Positions 29,014-37,556 of a DNA stretch of 64,000 nt are shown here, piece by piece. The notes below the pieces were generated by a model. It was not told the DNA's origin. It saw only the letters and a program-made list of their open reading frames with translations, and searched no databases. Positions within the stretch are counted from its first letter, which is position 1, and every line of letters starts with the position of its first letter. The position numbers and the translations under genes were made by a program. The stretch covers positions 1,513 to 65,512 of the forward strand of contig JAZRVD010000137.1 in the NCBI GenBank assembly GCA_045598945.1, read 5' to 3'. Source of the DNA: Bacteroidales bacterium (lineage in GTDB: Bacteria; Bacteroidota; Bacteroidia; Bacteroidales; P3).

Positions 29014-30174
29014 TTATAGTTTGATTTGACCAGACATGAGTTTGGGGAGGAGGGTGTCGCGGAGGGTGGAGAGACGGAAGGATTCGTTTTGTAATTTTGT
29101 CAGTAAATCCTGATTTGGGCAGATAGATTCAACAAATGAATCAATACTTTTTTTAGGAGGAATAACAACCTGATAATCTCGTAGATCCCCAATAAATATA
29201 CATTGTTGAACAGCTCCATGCCCTAAGTGGATAATCTTTCGTATTTGTGATTTGAGACAATGGAATAACCATAAACCATGCGTCTTGATACTATCTGCTT
29301 TGAGAATAGCGACACTTCGCTGAAATTCAAAATTGTTGGATTCCTCATTCAGATAACAAAGTTCTCCCAATGTTCCGACGGAAGTTAATAAAATATCAGA
29401 TTTTGAAAGTTTAGTTCTCTTTCTAAGAATGTCAAATGTGTATTTACTTATGTGTCTTTCATTATCTGATATATTGATTACTCCACTCTTTATATTCTTT
29501 GCACTCAAGAGTAAATAGGATGAATTATTATCATTCAGTACAGTATTGTGAACACCATCAGTTATTTGTATACATAGTTCTCCCAGTGTTCCCACTCTCC
29601 ACCCTTCAGGAATCATTCCGAGTTCTGACTCTACGAATTTACCATCTTTGAATGGAGCAAAGTCAATGAACCAATGCTTGAAGAGTGCCTGAGCCTGTGC
29701 CTCTAAGTTCTCACAGATACGACGATTTATGGCAATTTTGTCGTCGAGGGAGGAGAGGATGGAGGCTATGCGATTTTGAGTAGCCAATGAAGGCAAAGTT
29801 ATTGTTTGCTTTCCGATTAAGCCTACACCAATTCCTGGTTGTGCAGATTGCCCAGAGAGCCTTCCAAGCTTTAATGAGGCTAAAACACAAGAAAGATAAT
29901 ATGCATTGTGCTCATCAGTTGGAACAGCAACTACTGCATGTTCTGTCATATAAGCTTTTCCAGAAAAATAACGTACATTACCACAAGAAGCACCTTGTCT
30001 TCCAATTATGGCACATTCGCCGTCAAAATTATAATTGTCGGTAAATCCTCTTAAACCGTTACCTCCATATACAGGATATTTATCTGTCTCCTTAATATGG
30101 GAGGCGTTTATGGACTTACCACTACTCAATCTTGAACAGACATCACCAATAGTATATTCTTTCCACTCGCTCAT
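29014..30174 (-). CDS. hsdS: Type I restriction enzyme S (specificity) subunit
   Basis: Two target-recognition domains separated by the conserved helix LPSLATQNRIASILSSLDDKIAINRRICENLEAQAQALFKHWF, and a C-terminal LRDTLLPKLMSGQIKL. Confidence 0.9.
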   Translation of the reverse strand: MSEWKEYTIGDVCSRLSSGKSINASHIKETDKYPVYGGNGLRGFTDNYNFDGECAIIGRQGASCGNVRYFSGKAYMTEHAVVAVPTDEHNAYYLSCVLASLKLGRLSGQSAQPGIGVGLIGKQTITLPSLATQNRIASILSSLDDKIAINRRICENLEAQAQALFKHWFIDFAPFKDGKFVESELGMIPEGWRVGTLGELCIQITDGVHNTVLNDNNSSYLLLSAKNIKSGVINISDNERHISKYTFDILRKRTKLSKSDILLTSVGTLGELCYLNEESNNFEFQRSVAILKADSIKTHGLWLFHCLKSQIRKIIHLGHGAVQQCIFIGDLRDYQVVIPPKKSIDSFVESICPNQDLLTKLQNESFRLSTLRDTLLPKLMSGQIKL

Positions 30175-30758
30175 ACCCCCGTCTCCTTTCCATTAAGCAT
30201 TTCATACTCCTGTACCCACTCGGATAGTTTCTTCTGAAGGACATCCTTTTCGGGCAGACATAGGGCGTACTGCTGAGCATAGATGTTGGCCTCCTTGTGG
30301 GCTTCAATCTCATAGAAACTGCGTGCCTGTGGGTTCACTTCACGCATTAGAATCAGATAATGACTCCACGAGAGTTTGAACTCATGAATTTCGCAAACAG
30401 TGTTGACGATTTCCTTGTTTTCTGATTTCGTAAACAACGTTGACGGTTTCTGATAAACCGAAAAGAACTTACGGCAGTTGGTTAGAGTTTCCACAGACCA
30501 TCCGTCACCATATCGCTCGGTTAGCCTTGCTGACAGCCGCTTCAATACGCCTTTGCCATACTCTGCACGAGTATTGCCTCCTTGTTCATATTCCACTATA
30601 TACTGCCCCACACCATAGTAAGTATATACCATGGCGGTATTGATGGCCTTAGCCACCTGCTTGCGACCCTCTTCGATAAGTGAAGACACTCGTAAGAAGA
30701 GATCTTCTTCATTCAACGATACAATATTATTTTGAGTCGTCTTATTCTTCTGCTTCAT
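30171..30758 (-). CDS. DUF1016/YhcG-family paralogue with its nuclease core deleted (about 195 aa)
   Basis: The N-terminal domain is homologous to the next gene (RKQVAKAINTAMVYTYYGVGQYIVEYEQGG..RAEYG). LSWSHYLILM...SFYEIEA is then joined directly to a C-terminal-tail-like YALCLPEKDVLQKKL, so the PD-(D/E)xK region is missing. ATG at 30758. Confidence 0.6.
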   Translation of the reverse strand: MKQKNKTTQNNIVSLNEEDLFLRVSSLIEEGRKQVAKAINTAMVYTYYGVGQYIVEYEQGGNTRAEYGKGVLKRLSARLTERYGDGWSVETLTNCRKFFSVYQKPSTLFTKSENKEIVNTVCEIHEFKLSWSHYLILMREVNPQARSFYEIEAHKEANIYAQQYALCLPEKDVLQKKLSEWVQEYEMLNGKETGV

Positions 30759-30760
30759 AC

Positions 30761-31843
30761 TCACCCCTCCTTTTCGTTAAATCCAATCTCGGCGAGTTTC
30801 TCAGCACTTTCATTCTGTTGGAGACGGAAGATTTCCTTCTCGCGTTCTATCTCCTTGCGAAGTTCTTCCTTCGTAGGCATATAGAGCATATATTTTGACT
30901 GGAACAGATGGTCGTTGTCGCTGAGCTCTGAGTAGCGGGCGATGTCTGCATCGGTATCAGCACAGAGTATGATGCCGAAGGTTGGATTGTGCCCCTCAGG
31001 ACGATATTTCTCGTCGAACATCTTGCGATACATGTTCATCTGACCAACATCCTCAAACGAGATTTTGTCAATCTTCAAGTCGATGAGCACAAAGCAACGA
31101 AGAATGTAGTTGTAGAACACAAGGTCTACGTAGTAGTCGTTCTTCTCCGTAGAGATGTGCATCTGACGGTCGACAAGCGCATATCCTTTCCCCATTTCCA
31201 TAAGGAACTTTTCGATGTGCTTGATGATGGCGTCTTCAAGGTCTCGTTCAGAGAAGTCCCGTTTGGAACTGAGCCCAAGGAACTCTGCTACAACTGGACT
31301 TTTTATGAAATCTAACTTGTTGTCTTCCGTATTGGCAACAGCTTTGACATCAACCACTTCTGCACTCTTGTCTGCCTGATTGGCAAGCAGACGATGGTAA
31401 TACTGAGTGTTTATGTTTCGTTCCAACTCGCGTGTACTCCACAGTTGTGTTGCAGCTTCATTCATATACCATAGTCGCACCTTGTCGTCAGGCACTCGCA
31501 GCAGATGTCGAAAATGAGTCCACGTAAGATTTGGTACGCGCGAGTACCAAATCTGTATGTCGCTGAAATACAGATAGAACTGGCGATAGTGACGAAGGTT
31601 TCTTTCAGAGAAACTATCGCCATATTCCTTTAGTTCTGCAGCAATATACTTCAGCAACTTCGTGCCATATTCAGCTCTTGATTCGCCTTGCTGTTCTTCC
31701 TCCACAATTCTACAGCCTACATTCCAGTAGGTAGCAATCATTGAGGCATTGACAGCAGCATACGCCTGCTGCCTTCCTTTTTCGATAATATTGCGGATGT
31801 CGCCAACAAGAGCATTATTTTGACTCATTACGTTCTTTTCCAT
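30761..31843 (-). CDS. DUF1016/YhcG-family PD-(D/E)xK nuclease-like protein
   Basis: N-terminal domain GRQQAYAAVNASMIATYWNVGCRIVEEEQQGESRAEYG, a WTHFRHLL segment, and a C-terminal nuclease core (DLVFYNYILRCFVLIDLKIDK). ATG at 31843. Confidence 0.7.
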   Translation of the reverse strand: MEKNVMSQNNALVGDIRNIIEKGRQQAYAAVNASMIATYWNVGCRIVEEEQQGESRAEYGTKLLKYIAAELKEYGDSFSERNLRHYRQFYLYFSDIQIWYSRVPNLTWTHFRHLLRVPDDKVRLWYMNEAATQLWSTRELERNINTQYYHRLLANQADKSAEVVDVKAVANTEDNKLDFIKSPVVAEFLGLSSKRDFSERDLEDAIIKHIEKFLMEMGKGYALVDRQMHISTEKNDYYVDLVFYNYILRCFVLIDLKIDKISFEDVGQMNMYRKMFDEKYRPEGHNPTFGIILCADTDADIARYSELSDNDHLFQSKYMLYMPTKEELRKEIEREKEIFRLQQNESAEKLAEIGFNEKEG

Positions 31844-31845
31844 AC

Positions 31846-33429
31846 TCACCCCTCCTTCACATTAAATCCAAGACCTGCCAGCTTCTCACGAATGCCAGCC
31901 TCCAGTCGGTGACTCTCGACAAAGAGTTCACCCAGTTCAGAGGTGAGTCGTGCCATCTTTTCCTCGAATGGCTCTGCATCCTCTTCTTCATCGGCAATAC
32001 CTACATAACGACCAGGGGTGAGGATCCAATTTTGCTGCCCTATATCTTCGAGGGTAGCCACACGGCAGAAGCCTTTGACATCTTCAAGGGTGCCAGCCTC
32101 GTAAGCACGGAAGGCGGCAGCGATACGCTGCACGTCGCATTGCTCGGCAGGGAGCGCGGCCCAAGGCTTGTCTTGCTTCTTAACAGTGTCGTAGCGGACA
32201 AGGTCGTCGGAGAGCTCGCGGTGGGTGCGGTCCACCATCATGCCCATCTCGCGTGCATCGATGAATAGCACCTTGCCGGGATTCTTCTTCTTGCGGTTGA
32301 AAAACCACACGCATACAGGTATCGACACGTTGTAGAAGAGCTGGTTGGGCATGGCGACAACGCCCTCTACGAGGTCTGCCTCGATAAGACGCCGGCGTAT
32401 GTCGCCCTCGCCGCCAGAGGTGGTGGTCAACGAGCCGTTGGCAAGCACCAGCCCTATGCGCCCTGTTGGCGAGAGATGATGCACCATGTGCTGAATCCAT
32501 GCGTAGTTGGCGTTGCCCTCTGGCGGCACACCATACTTCCAGCGCACATCATCGGCGAGGCGGTTTGCACCCCAATCGCTCATGTTGAACGGCGGATTAG
32601 CCATGATGAAGTCGAACTTCTTGGTGGCATGCTTGTCGTCGCCGAACGAGTCGCCCCAGCTGTCGCCAAGGTCTGCCTCCAAGCCACGGATAGCAAGGTT
32701 CATGTGCGCCATCTTCCATGTATTGGCGTTGAACTCCTGACCGTAGATAGTTACGTTGCGGAGGTTGCCCTGATGCTGCTGAATAAACCTGGCACTCTGC
32801 ACGAACATACCGCCAGAGCCGCAGGCGGGGTCATACACGCGGCCCTCGAAAGGCTGAAGCACCTCGACGATGGTGCGCACGATACACGAAGGCGTGTAGA
32901 ACTCACCCCCAGACTGTTGTGTCTCGGCGGCAAAATTCTGCAAGCAGTATTCATATACACGTCCGAAGAGGTCAATACCTTCGCCCTGTGCGTGCATATC
33001 CATGTTATCAAAGATTTCAACCACTTCACCCAAACGAATCTTGTCAATCTCAGGGCGAGAGTAGTTGTTTGGCATAACCTTCTTCAATCGAGGATTCTCT
33101 TTGCCAATCTCTTCGAGAGCATGGTCGATGACCTGACCAATCTGAGGGTCATGTGCCTTGCTTGCTATATTCTGCCAACGTGCATCCTGAGGCACCCAGA
33201 ACACATGTTCTGCTATATATTCGTCGCGGTCTTCCTCGAAGCCATCGCCTTCGGCGACAAGTTCGTTATATCGTTTCTCGAAACAATCGCTGATATATTT
33301 GAGAAATACAAGGCCAAGCACCACATTCTGATATTCCGAGGCGGTGAGATTGCCACGGAGCTTGTTTGCACTGTCCCATATACGGTCTTCGATAGACTTT
33401 TCTTTTACAACTTTTGTTTTCTTTGTCAT
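31846..33429 (-). CDS. hsdM: Type I restriction enzyme M (N6-adenine methyltransferase) subunit
   Basis: HsdM N-terminal domain (LRGNLTASEYQNVVLGLVFLKYISD), SAM-binding DPACGSGGMF, and catalytic NPPF (IMANPPFNMSDW). Confidence 0.95.
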   Translation of the reverse strand: MTKKTKVVKEKSIEDRIWDSANKLRGNLTASEYQNVVLGLVFLKYISDCFEKRYNELVAEGDGFEEDRDEYIAEHVFWVPQDARWQNIASKAHDPQIGQVIDHALEEIGKENPRLKKVMPNNYSRPEIDKIRLGEVVEIFDNMDMHAQGEGIDLFGRVYEYCLQNFAAETQQSGGEFYTPSCIVRTIVEVLQPFEGRVYDPACGSGGMFVQSARFIQQHQGNLRNVTIYGQEFNANTWKMAHMNLAIRGLEADLGDSWGDSFGDDKHATKKFDFIMANPPFNMSDWGANRLADDVRWKYGVPPEGNANYAWIQHMVHHLSPTGRIGLVLANGSLTTTSGGEGDIRRRLIEADLVEGVVAMPNQLFYNVSIPVCVWFFNRKKKNPGKVLFIDAREMGMMVDRTHRELSDDLVRYDTVKKQDKPWAALPAEQCDVQRIAAAFRAYEAGTLEDVKGFCRVATLEDIGQQNWILTPGRYVGIADEEEDAEPFEEKMARLTSELGELFVESHRLEAGIREKLAGLGFNVKEG

Positions 33430-33532
33430 AAATTTATCCTCCTAAAGGTGATACCTTAGGCTTTATTTTATTTTTTACAGTAATAATATTTATTGGTGAG
33501 CTATTAGCCAGCGTATCGAAGGTTGTAGACCT

Positions 33533-33829
33533 TTACATATACTGCGCTATGAGGCTCTTGAGCTCTTCGAGAGGTCTGGCGCCGCTATCACGCCAGAGGA
33601 GCTCGCCATTTTGGAAAAGCATCAAGGTGGGGACGGACTGCACGCCGTACTGCATTGTTAGCGCCTCGTTCTTGTCGATGTCTATCTTGATGATTCTGAC
33701 GCTATCGCCAAGGTCAGCCTTGAGCTGCTCCAACACGGGGTGCATCATCTTGCAAGGTCCGCACCATGTGGCGAAGAAATCTACGAGTGTCAGTGTGTCG
33801 CCATTGACTATTTCACTAAAGTTTTCCAT
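33533..33829 (-). CDS. trxA: Thioredoxin
   Basis: DFFATWCGPCKMM active site, 98 aa. ATG at 33829 sits downstream of the promoter box. Confidence 0.9.
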   Translation of the reverse strand: MENFSEIVNGDTLTLVDFFATWCGPCKMMHPVLEQLKADLGDSVRIIKIDIDKNEALTMQYGVQSVPTLMLFQNGELLWRDSGARPLEELKSLIAQYM

Positions 33830-33853
33830 AATGCTATGTTTTTTTTGATAATA

Positions 33854-33861
33854 CAAAGATA
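33854..33861 (-). promoter_or_regulatory. -7 promoter box (TATCTTTG on the coding strand) for trxA
   Basis: Matches TAnnTTTG 24 nt upstream of the ATG at 33829. Confidence 0.6.
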
Positions 33862-33884
33862 CAACTTTATTTTGATACCGCAAG

Positions 33885-33940
33885 CAACACCCATCATCTC
33901 AACTCACCTTTTGGTAAGCCGTGCTTACCATCTTCTCGGT
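33885..33940. repeat. Left copy of a 56-bp imperfect direct repeat (partner at 37501..37556)
   Basis: 51 of 56 positions are identical by manual alignment. On the minus strand it encodes ...TEKMVSTAYQKVS*, a relic copy of the last 13 codons plus stop of the ClpX-like gene. It contains a GGTAAGC/GCTTACC hairpin. Confidence 0.9.
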
Positions 33941-34327
33941 GAACAATCCTGTAACATCACACATTCAACATCATTACCTACACAACCTTCATACACAAAG
34001 CATCAGCAATTTACCAGACCATTTTTCATCCTTAAATTAAAGCAAGCACCATTTATGCAATGACATCAAATCAATATCCGTTAGAATTTTCCACACATAA
34101 ATGTCAAAAGAATTAATAAATTTATGTTCAACTATTTTTAACTATTCTTCCCATCATTATTATTTTTTGTGTTTTGCAGAACACACTGTCTCCGACTACT
34201 CTAACTAATAAAATCGCCCGTTTATACATACTGTTTTCCATTCTCGACATAAAGAAAACTTCATTTCACCTCCATCCTTGACATATTAAAATCAGTCTAT
34301 TTTTTTACATATTTACAGAATTTTTTT

Positions 34328-34343
34328 TTCGCATTTGTGCGAA
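34328..34343 (+). promoter_or_regulatory. Perfect palindrome TTCGCA-tttg-TGCGAA just upstream of the -7 box (candidate operator)
   Basis: 6-bp perfect inverted arms with a 4-nt spacer, 15 nt upstream of the promoter box of the HTH gene. Confidence 0.35.
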
Positions 34344-34357
34344 TGGAAAATTTTATA

Positions 34358-34365
34358 TATTTTTG
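34358..34365 (+). promoter_or_regulatory. -7 promoter box TATTTTTG
   Basis: Matches TAnnTTTG 24 nt upstream of the ATG at 34390. Confidence 0.55.
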
Positions 34366-34389
34366 CAAAAAATTTAACAATTTAACAAT

Positions 34390-35496
34390 ATGCAATTAGC
34401 GAACATTCCACAAAATCACATTCCTGAAGAAAGAACCGTCGGAGAAATTATTGATACGAGGTTAATGGAATTAAGCATGAAACAAGCAGAATTAGCAGAA
34501 ATAACTGGTATAACAAAATCAATTATCTGCGATGTAATAAAAGGCAACCGTTCAATAACCGCGGAAATGGCTGTTCTCATCGAATGTGCAATACAGATAC
34601 CAGCCTTCTACTTAATGCAAGTTCAGGCGAAGCATGATATTGATATTGCAACTAATAGCCAACGTATCCAAAATATGATGTCATCAATATACGACTGGAA
34701 CTCAATAAAGGAACTTTTGCCATTAGCAACACTCAAAAAATTAGGAAAAATCGAAGGAAATGTTCAGAAAAATGTTCAAAACGTATTCCAAATGTTCCAT
34801 ATAAATTCCTCAGAAGAACTTTATTCGAAAAAATCCACTGAACAAGAAACATATCTAAGACGTTCAGACAAAGTTAATTTTGACAATGACACCTTATTTA
34901 CATGGAAACATTATTGTTTCGATGAAGCAAGCAAAGTAAAAATAGACAAAACATTCGAAAAAGAAAAAATAAAAACGCTCGTTCAAAACATCTCTCAAAT
35001 ATTTTACGAGAACATAAACACATACACTCGCATAAAGGATGCTTTCCTCAATGTTGGCATTCGCCTATTGTATATAGAAAAGGTAGGACAACTTCCTGTT
35101 GACGGGATGTCATTTTGGAGAGATGAAAATCCAACAGTTATTCTCACTCGCAGAATGAAAAATATAGACAGCTTCGCATTCTCCACCATGCATGAATTAG
35201 GGCATATAAAATATCATCTCAAACAAAGTGGAGAAACATTTATTAATTTTGACATTGCAGAACGGAATAAATTTGAAATAGAAGCCGATACATTTGCACA
35301 AAATGCATTTATTAACAGAGAAGAATGGAATAGGTTCCTTGAGACTCTGAAGGGAGTTAATCCATTTGCCGTTCATCCAAAAATTCGAATACTTGCAGAA
35401 AGTAAAAAAATAAATCCACAAATACTCTTTGGCAGATATATGCATGACACCAATCAATATCGTCTAAAACGAGTATTCGATACAGAAATTAGATAA
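34390..35496 (+). CDS. HigA-like XRE-family HTH fused to an ImmA/IrrE (M78, DUF955) zinc metallopeptidase domain
   Basis: N-terminal VGEIIDTRLMELSMKQAELAEITGITKSIICDVIKGNRSITAEMAVLIECAI (HTH). C-terminal HExxH motif in FSTMHELGHIKYH, followed by EIEADTFAQNAFI. Confidence 0.8.
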   Translation: MQLANIPQNHIPEERTVGEIIDTRLMELSMKQAELAEITGITKSIICDVIKGNRSITAEMAVLIECAIQIPAFYLMQVQAKHDIDIATNSQRIQNMMSSIYDWNSIKELLPLATLKKLGKIEGNVQKNVQNVFQMFHINSSEELYSKKSTEQETYLRRSDKVNFDNDTLFTWKHYCFDEASKVKIDKTFEKEKIKTLVQNISQIFYENINTYTRIKDAFLNVGIRLLYIEKVGQLPVDGMSFWRDENPTVILTRRMKNIDSFAFSTMHELGHIKYHLKQSGETFINFDIAERNKFEIEADTFAQNAFINREEWNRFLETLKGVNPFAVHPKIRILAESKKINPQILFGRYMHDTNQYRLKRVFDTEIR

Positions 35497-35730
35497 CCAA
35501 ATATTAACATTATGAATGCATAATAGCTTATAGACAAAAAAAATCATGACATGAGAAGCAACACGAAAATTAGAGTATTTACTTCATTGATGGGAAGATC
35601 TTCTCACAATAATCTGGTAAGAAACCCGAATAAACCTGTGAAGATACATGTTTTTGCTAAATACAAGTATTTTATTTCGAAATTCCCTTTTTAACAATTA
35701 TTTTTCGCCTAAATTAAAAGAAACAAGCCG

Positions 35731-36456
35731 ATGATACAATTAAATCTATTTTCACACTTTGAAGATACTTCTAATGACAAAAAAATACAAAGCCTAAATG
35801 ATATTGAAAATAATTCTATTTTCGGTCTAAGATATTGTTTTGATGCAATACGTTCCGGTAAATATGGCATACCTAAAATCAAAGCATACCATGATACCAT
35901 ACCGGAAAATTTTGTAACATATAGCGATCACTCAACATCAAAAGATTTTTCATGTGGAATTGTCAGTTATGATGAAGATAAAGTGATAGAACGTATCTGG
36001 AAAAAACCAGATAAATATATCCCATTTTTTTCAAAATTTCAATGTGTCGGTGAACCCGATTTATCATTAAAAGTAAAATATCCACTTGCCATACAAATAA
36101 GCAATACCTTTAAGAATCACGCACTTGCTTTTCACATGCAAGAGCATGGGATAAAAATATTACCTTCAATGTCTTGGAGTTCTACAGAATCATATGAATT
36201 CTGTTTTGACGGACATGAAAAAGGTGGTGCTGTAATCGTATCGACCATAGGAACATTAAGAGACGAACGTTCAAGTATGTATTTTAAACTTGGTTTTCAA
36301 GAAATGTTGAAGCACATATCACCTGATGCAGTTGTTCTTTACGGCGACACAAATGACAGACTAAATGAATGGATGCCAAGGCAATTGCATATTATTAATG
36401 TAAAACATAATCGTTTTAAGAGAGCCAGAAATCATGGGAGCAAGAGGAGCATTTGA
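35731..36456 (+). CDS. DUF4417-family protein
   Basis: The pattern GKYGIPKIKA ... GEPDLSL ... AIQISNTFKNHALAFHMQEHGIKILPSMSWSS..SYEFCFDGHEKGGAVIVSTIG ... PDAVVLYG matches my memory of the DUF4417 consensus. Confidence 0.6.
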   Translation: MIQLNLFSHFEDTSNDKKIQSLNDIENNSIFGLRYCFDAIRSGKYGIPKIKAYHDTIPENFVTYSDHSTSKDFSCGIVSYDEDKVIERIWKKPDKYIPFFSKFQCVGEPDLSLKVKYPLAIQISNTFKNHALAFHMQEHGIKILPSMSWSSTESYEFCFDGHEKGGAVIVSTIGTLRDERSSMYFKLGFQEMLKHISPDAVVLYGDTNDRLNEWMPRQLHIINVKHNRFKRARNHGSKRSI

Positions 36457-36841
36457 CCCCAATTATGGGAAAACAGGAGGAATTCCTATTGAAAAAAGAA
36501 ATTATTCTTGCATAGGAACCTTAAATGGAATTAAAATCATTCAATGTGATATCGCAAAAAACAACCCGACAACTACATATTCTAATATTGCGAATACTAC
36601 ATACTATTCGTATTCTAAAGAGAATAAAAGAATTGAACATATATACTATTTTAAAAATCACAAACTTGTAAAAAGTGTTGATTTTAAAAAGAATGAAAAT
36701 CCTCATACCCATTATTGGAATAGTAGTCAAGTTGGACGAAAAAAACATGATGATCATAACACTCATCCCCTAAGCGATAAAGACAAAAGACTTATACATG
36801 AGGCACAAAAATATAATCAAAGCATAGAAAGAAATGAATAA
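36434..36841 (+). CDS. Hypothetical protein (135 aa), K/N/H/Y-rich, no family recognised
   Basis: The ORF overlaps the upstream gene by 23 nt and the downstream gene by 8 nt (ATGAATAA), indicating an operon. Confidence 0.5.
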   Translation: MGARGAFDPNYGKTGGIPIEKRNYSCIGTLNGIKIIQCDIAKNNPTTTYSNIANTTYYSYSKENKRIEHIYYFKNHKLVKSVDFKKNENPHTHYWNSSQVGRKKHDDHNTHPLSDKDKRLIHEAQKYNQSIERNE

Positions 36842-37271
36842 AAAAATTATCAAAGAACATTTTTGGAACACTGGTGTTGATGGCGATGTTAGACTTACAA
36901 CTGACGACATAGGTTGGCCAGATATGCTAAAACAAGAAGCTTTATCTGATTATCCAGAAACAATCTTCAGGCATTGCATAGAAATAGTCGGCTTTAATCT
37001 TTTATTTTATTGGACCAAAGATGAAAATTTCTACACCATAGAAACAGAGAAAGACCCAATAGAAATAAGACGAATTTTTCAAGATCCTGAATGGGATGGG
37101 GAATGTGAATTTATGAAAGCTGGTATAGACAAAGCTGGTCCAAATACAGCTTCAGCCGGTCAAATATTAGCGACTTTTAAAGATCCTACCAAGATTTGGT
37201 CAGAATTAAAGATTGATGGAATCCCTATTCAACAAGTATTAGAAGAGTCCGCAATACTGACTTGGGATTAA
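36834..37271 (+). CDS. Hypothetical protein (145 aa), acidic, no family recognised
   Basis: The ORF start overlaps the preceding stop. Last gene of the plus-strand cassette. Confidence 0.5.
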   Translation: MNKKIIKEHFWNTGVDGDVRLTTDDIGWPDMLKQEALSDYPETIFRHCIEIVGFNLLFYWTKDENFYTIETEKDPIEIRRIFQDPEWDGECEFMKAGIDKAGPNTASAGQILATFKDPTKIWSELKIDGIPIQQVLEESAILTWD

Positions 37272-37500
37272 TATATTTCGACAGCAATTTATCTGTCATT
37301 TGTGTTGTCCTTTTATTGGTATAAAACCCCATCAAGTATTTTTTAGGAGTTGTCCCATTCCACTGAGTCCTTCTCTGCTTTATCAGTGATACAAAAAAAT
37401 CCCAATTAGACAAAACATCTGAAAACACAGATTAATTTCGTCAATGCACCAATACCCTACATCCCTGCCCCGCCATAGCATTTCAATCCATGCTAAGCGG

Positions 37501-37556
37501 CAACACCCATCAGTTCAACTCACCTTTTGGTAAGCACTTCTTACCATCTTCTCGGT
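37501..37556. repeat. Right copy of the 56-bp imperfect direct repeat (partner at 33885..33940)
   Basis: Covers the last 13 codons (TEKMVRSAYQKVS*) of the ClpX-like C-terminal ORF plus 14 nt beyond the stop. Confidence 0.9.

Noticed and set aside
37225-37428. 67-aa minus-strand ORF whose segment KQRRTQWNGTTPKKYL loosely resembles the C-terminal ...R.H..L.g.TP..Y motif of rve-type transposases. It could be an IS remnant at the cassette's right end.
   Set aside because: The resemblance is limited to a few residues. The ORF overlaps the 3' end of the 145-aa gene, and there are no inverted repeats or catalytic residues. The evidence is too weak to annotate.
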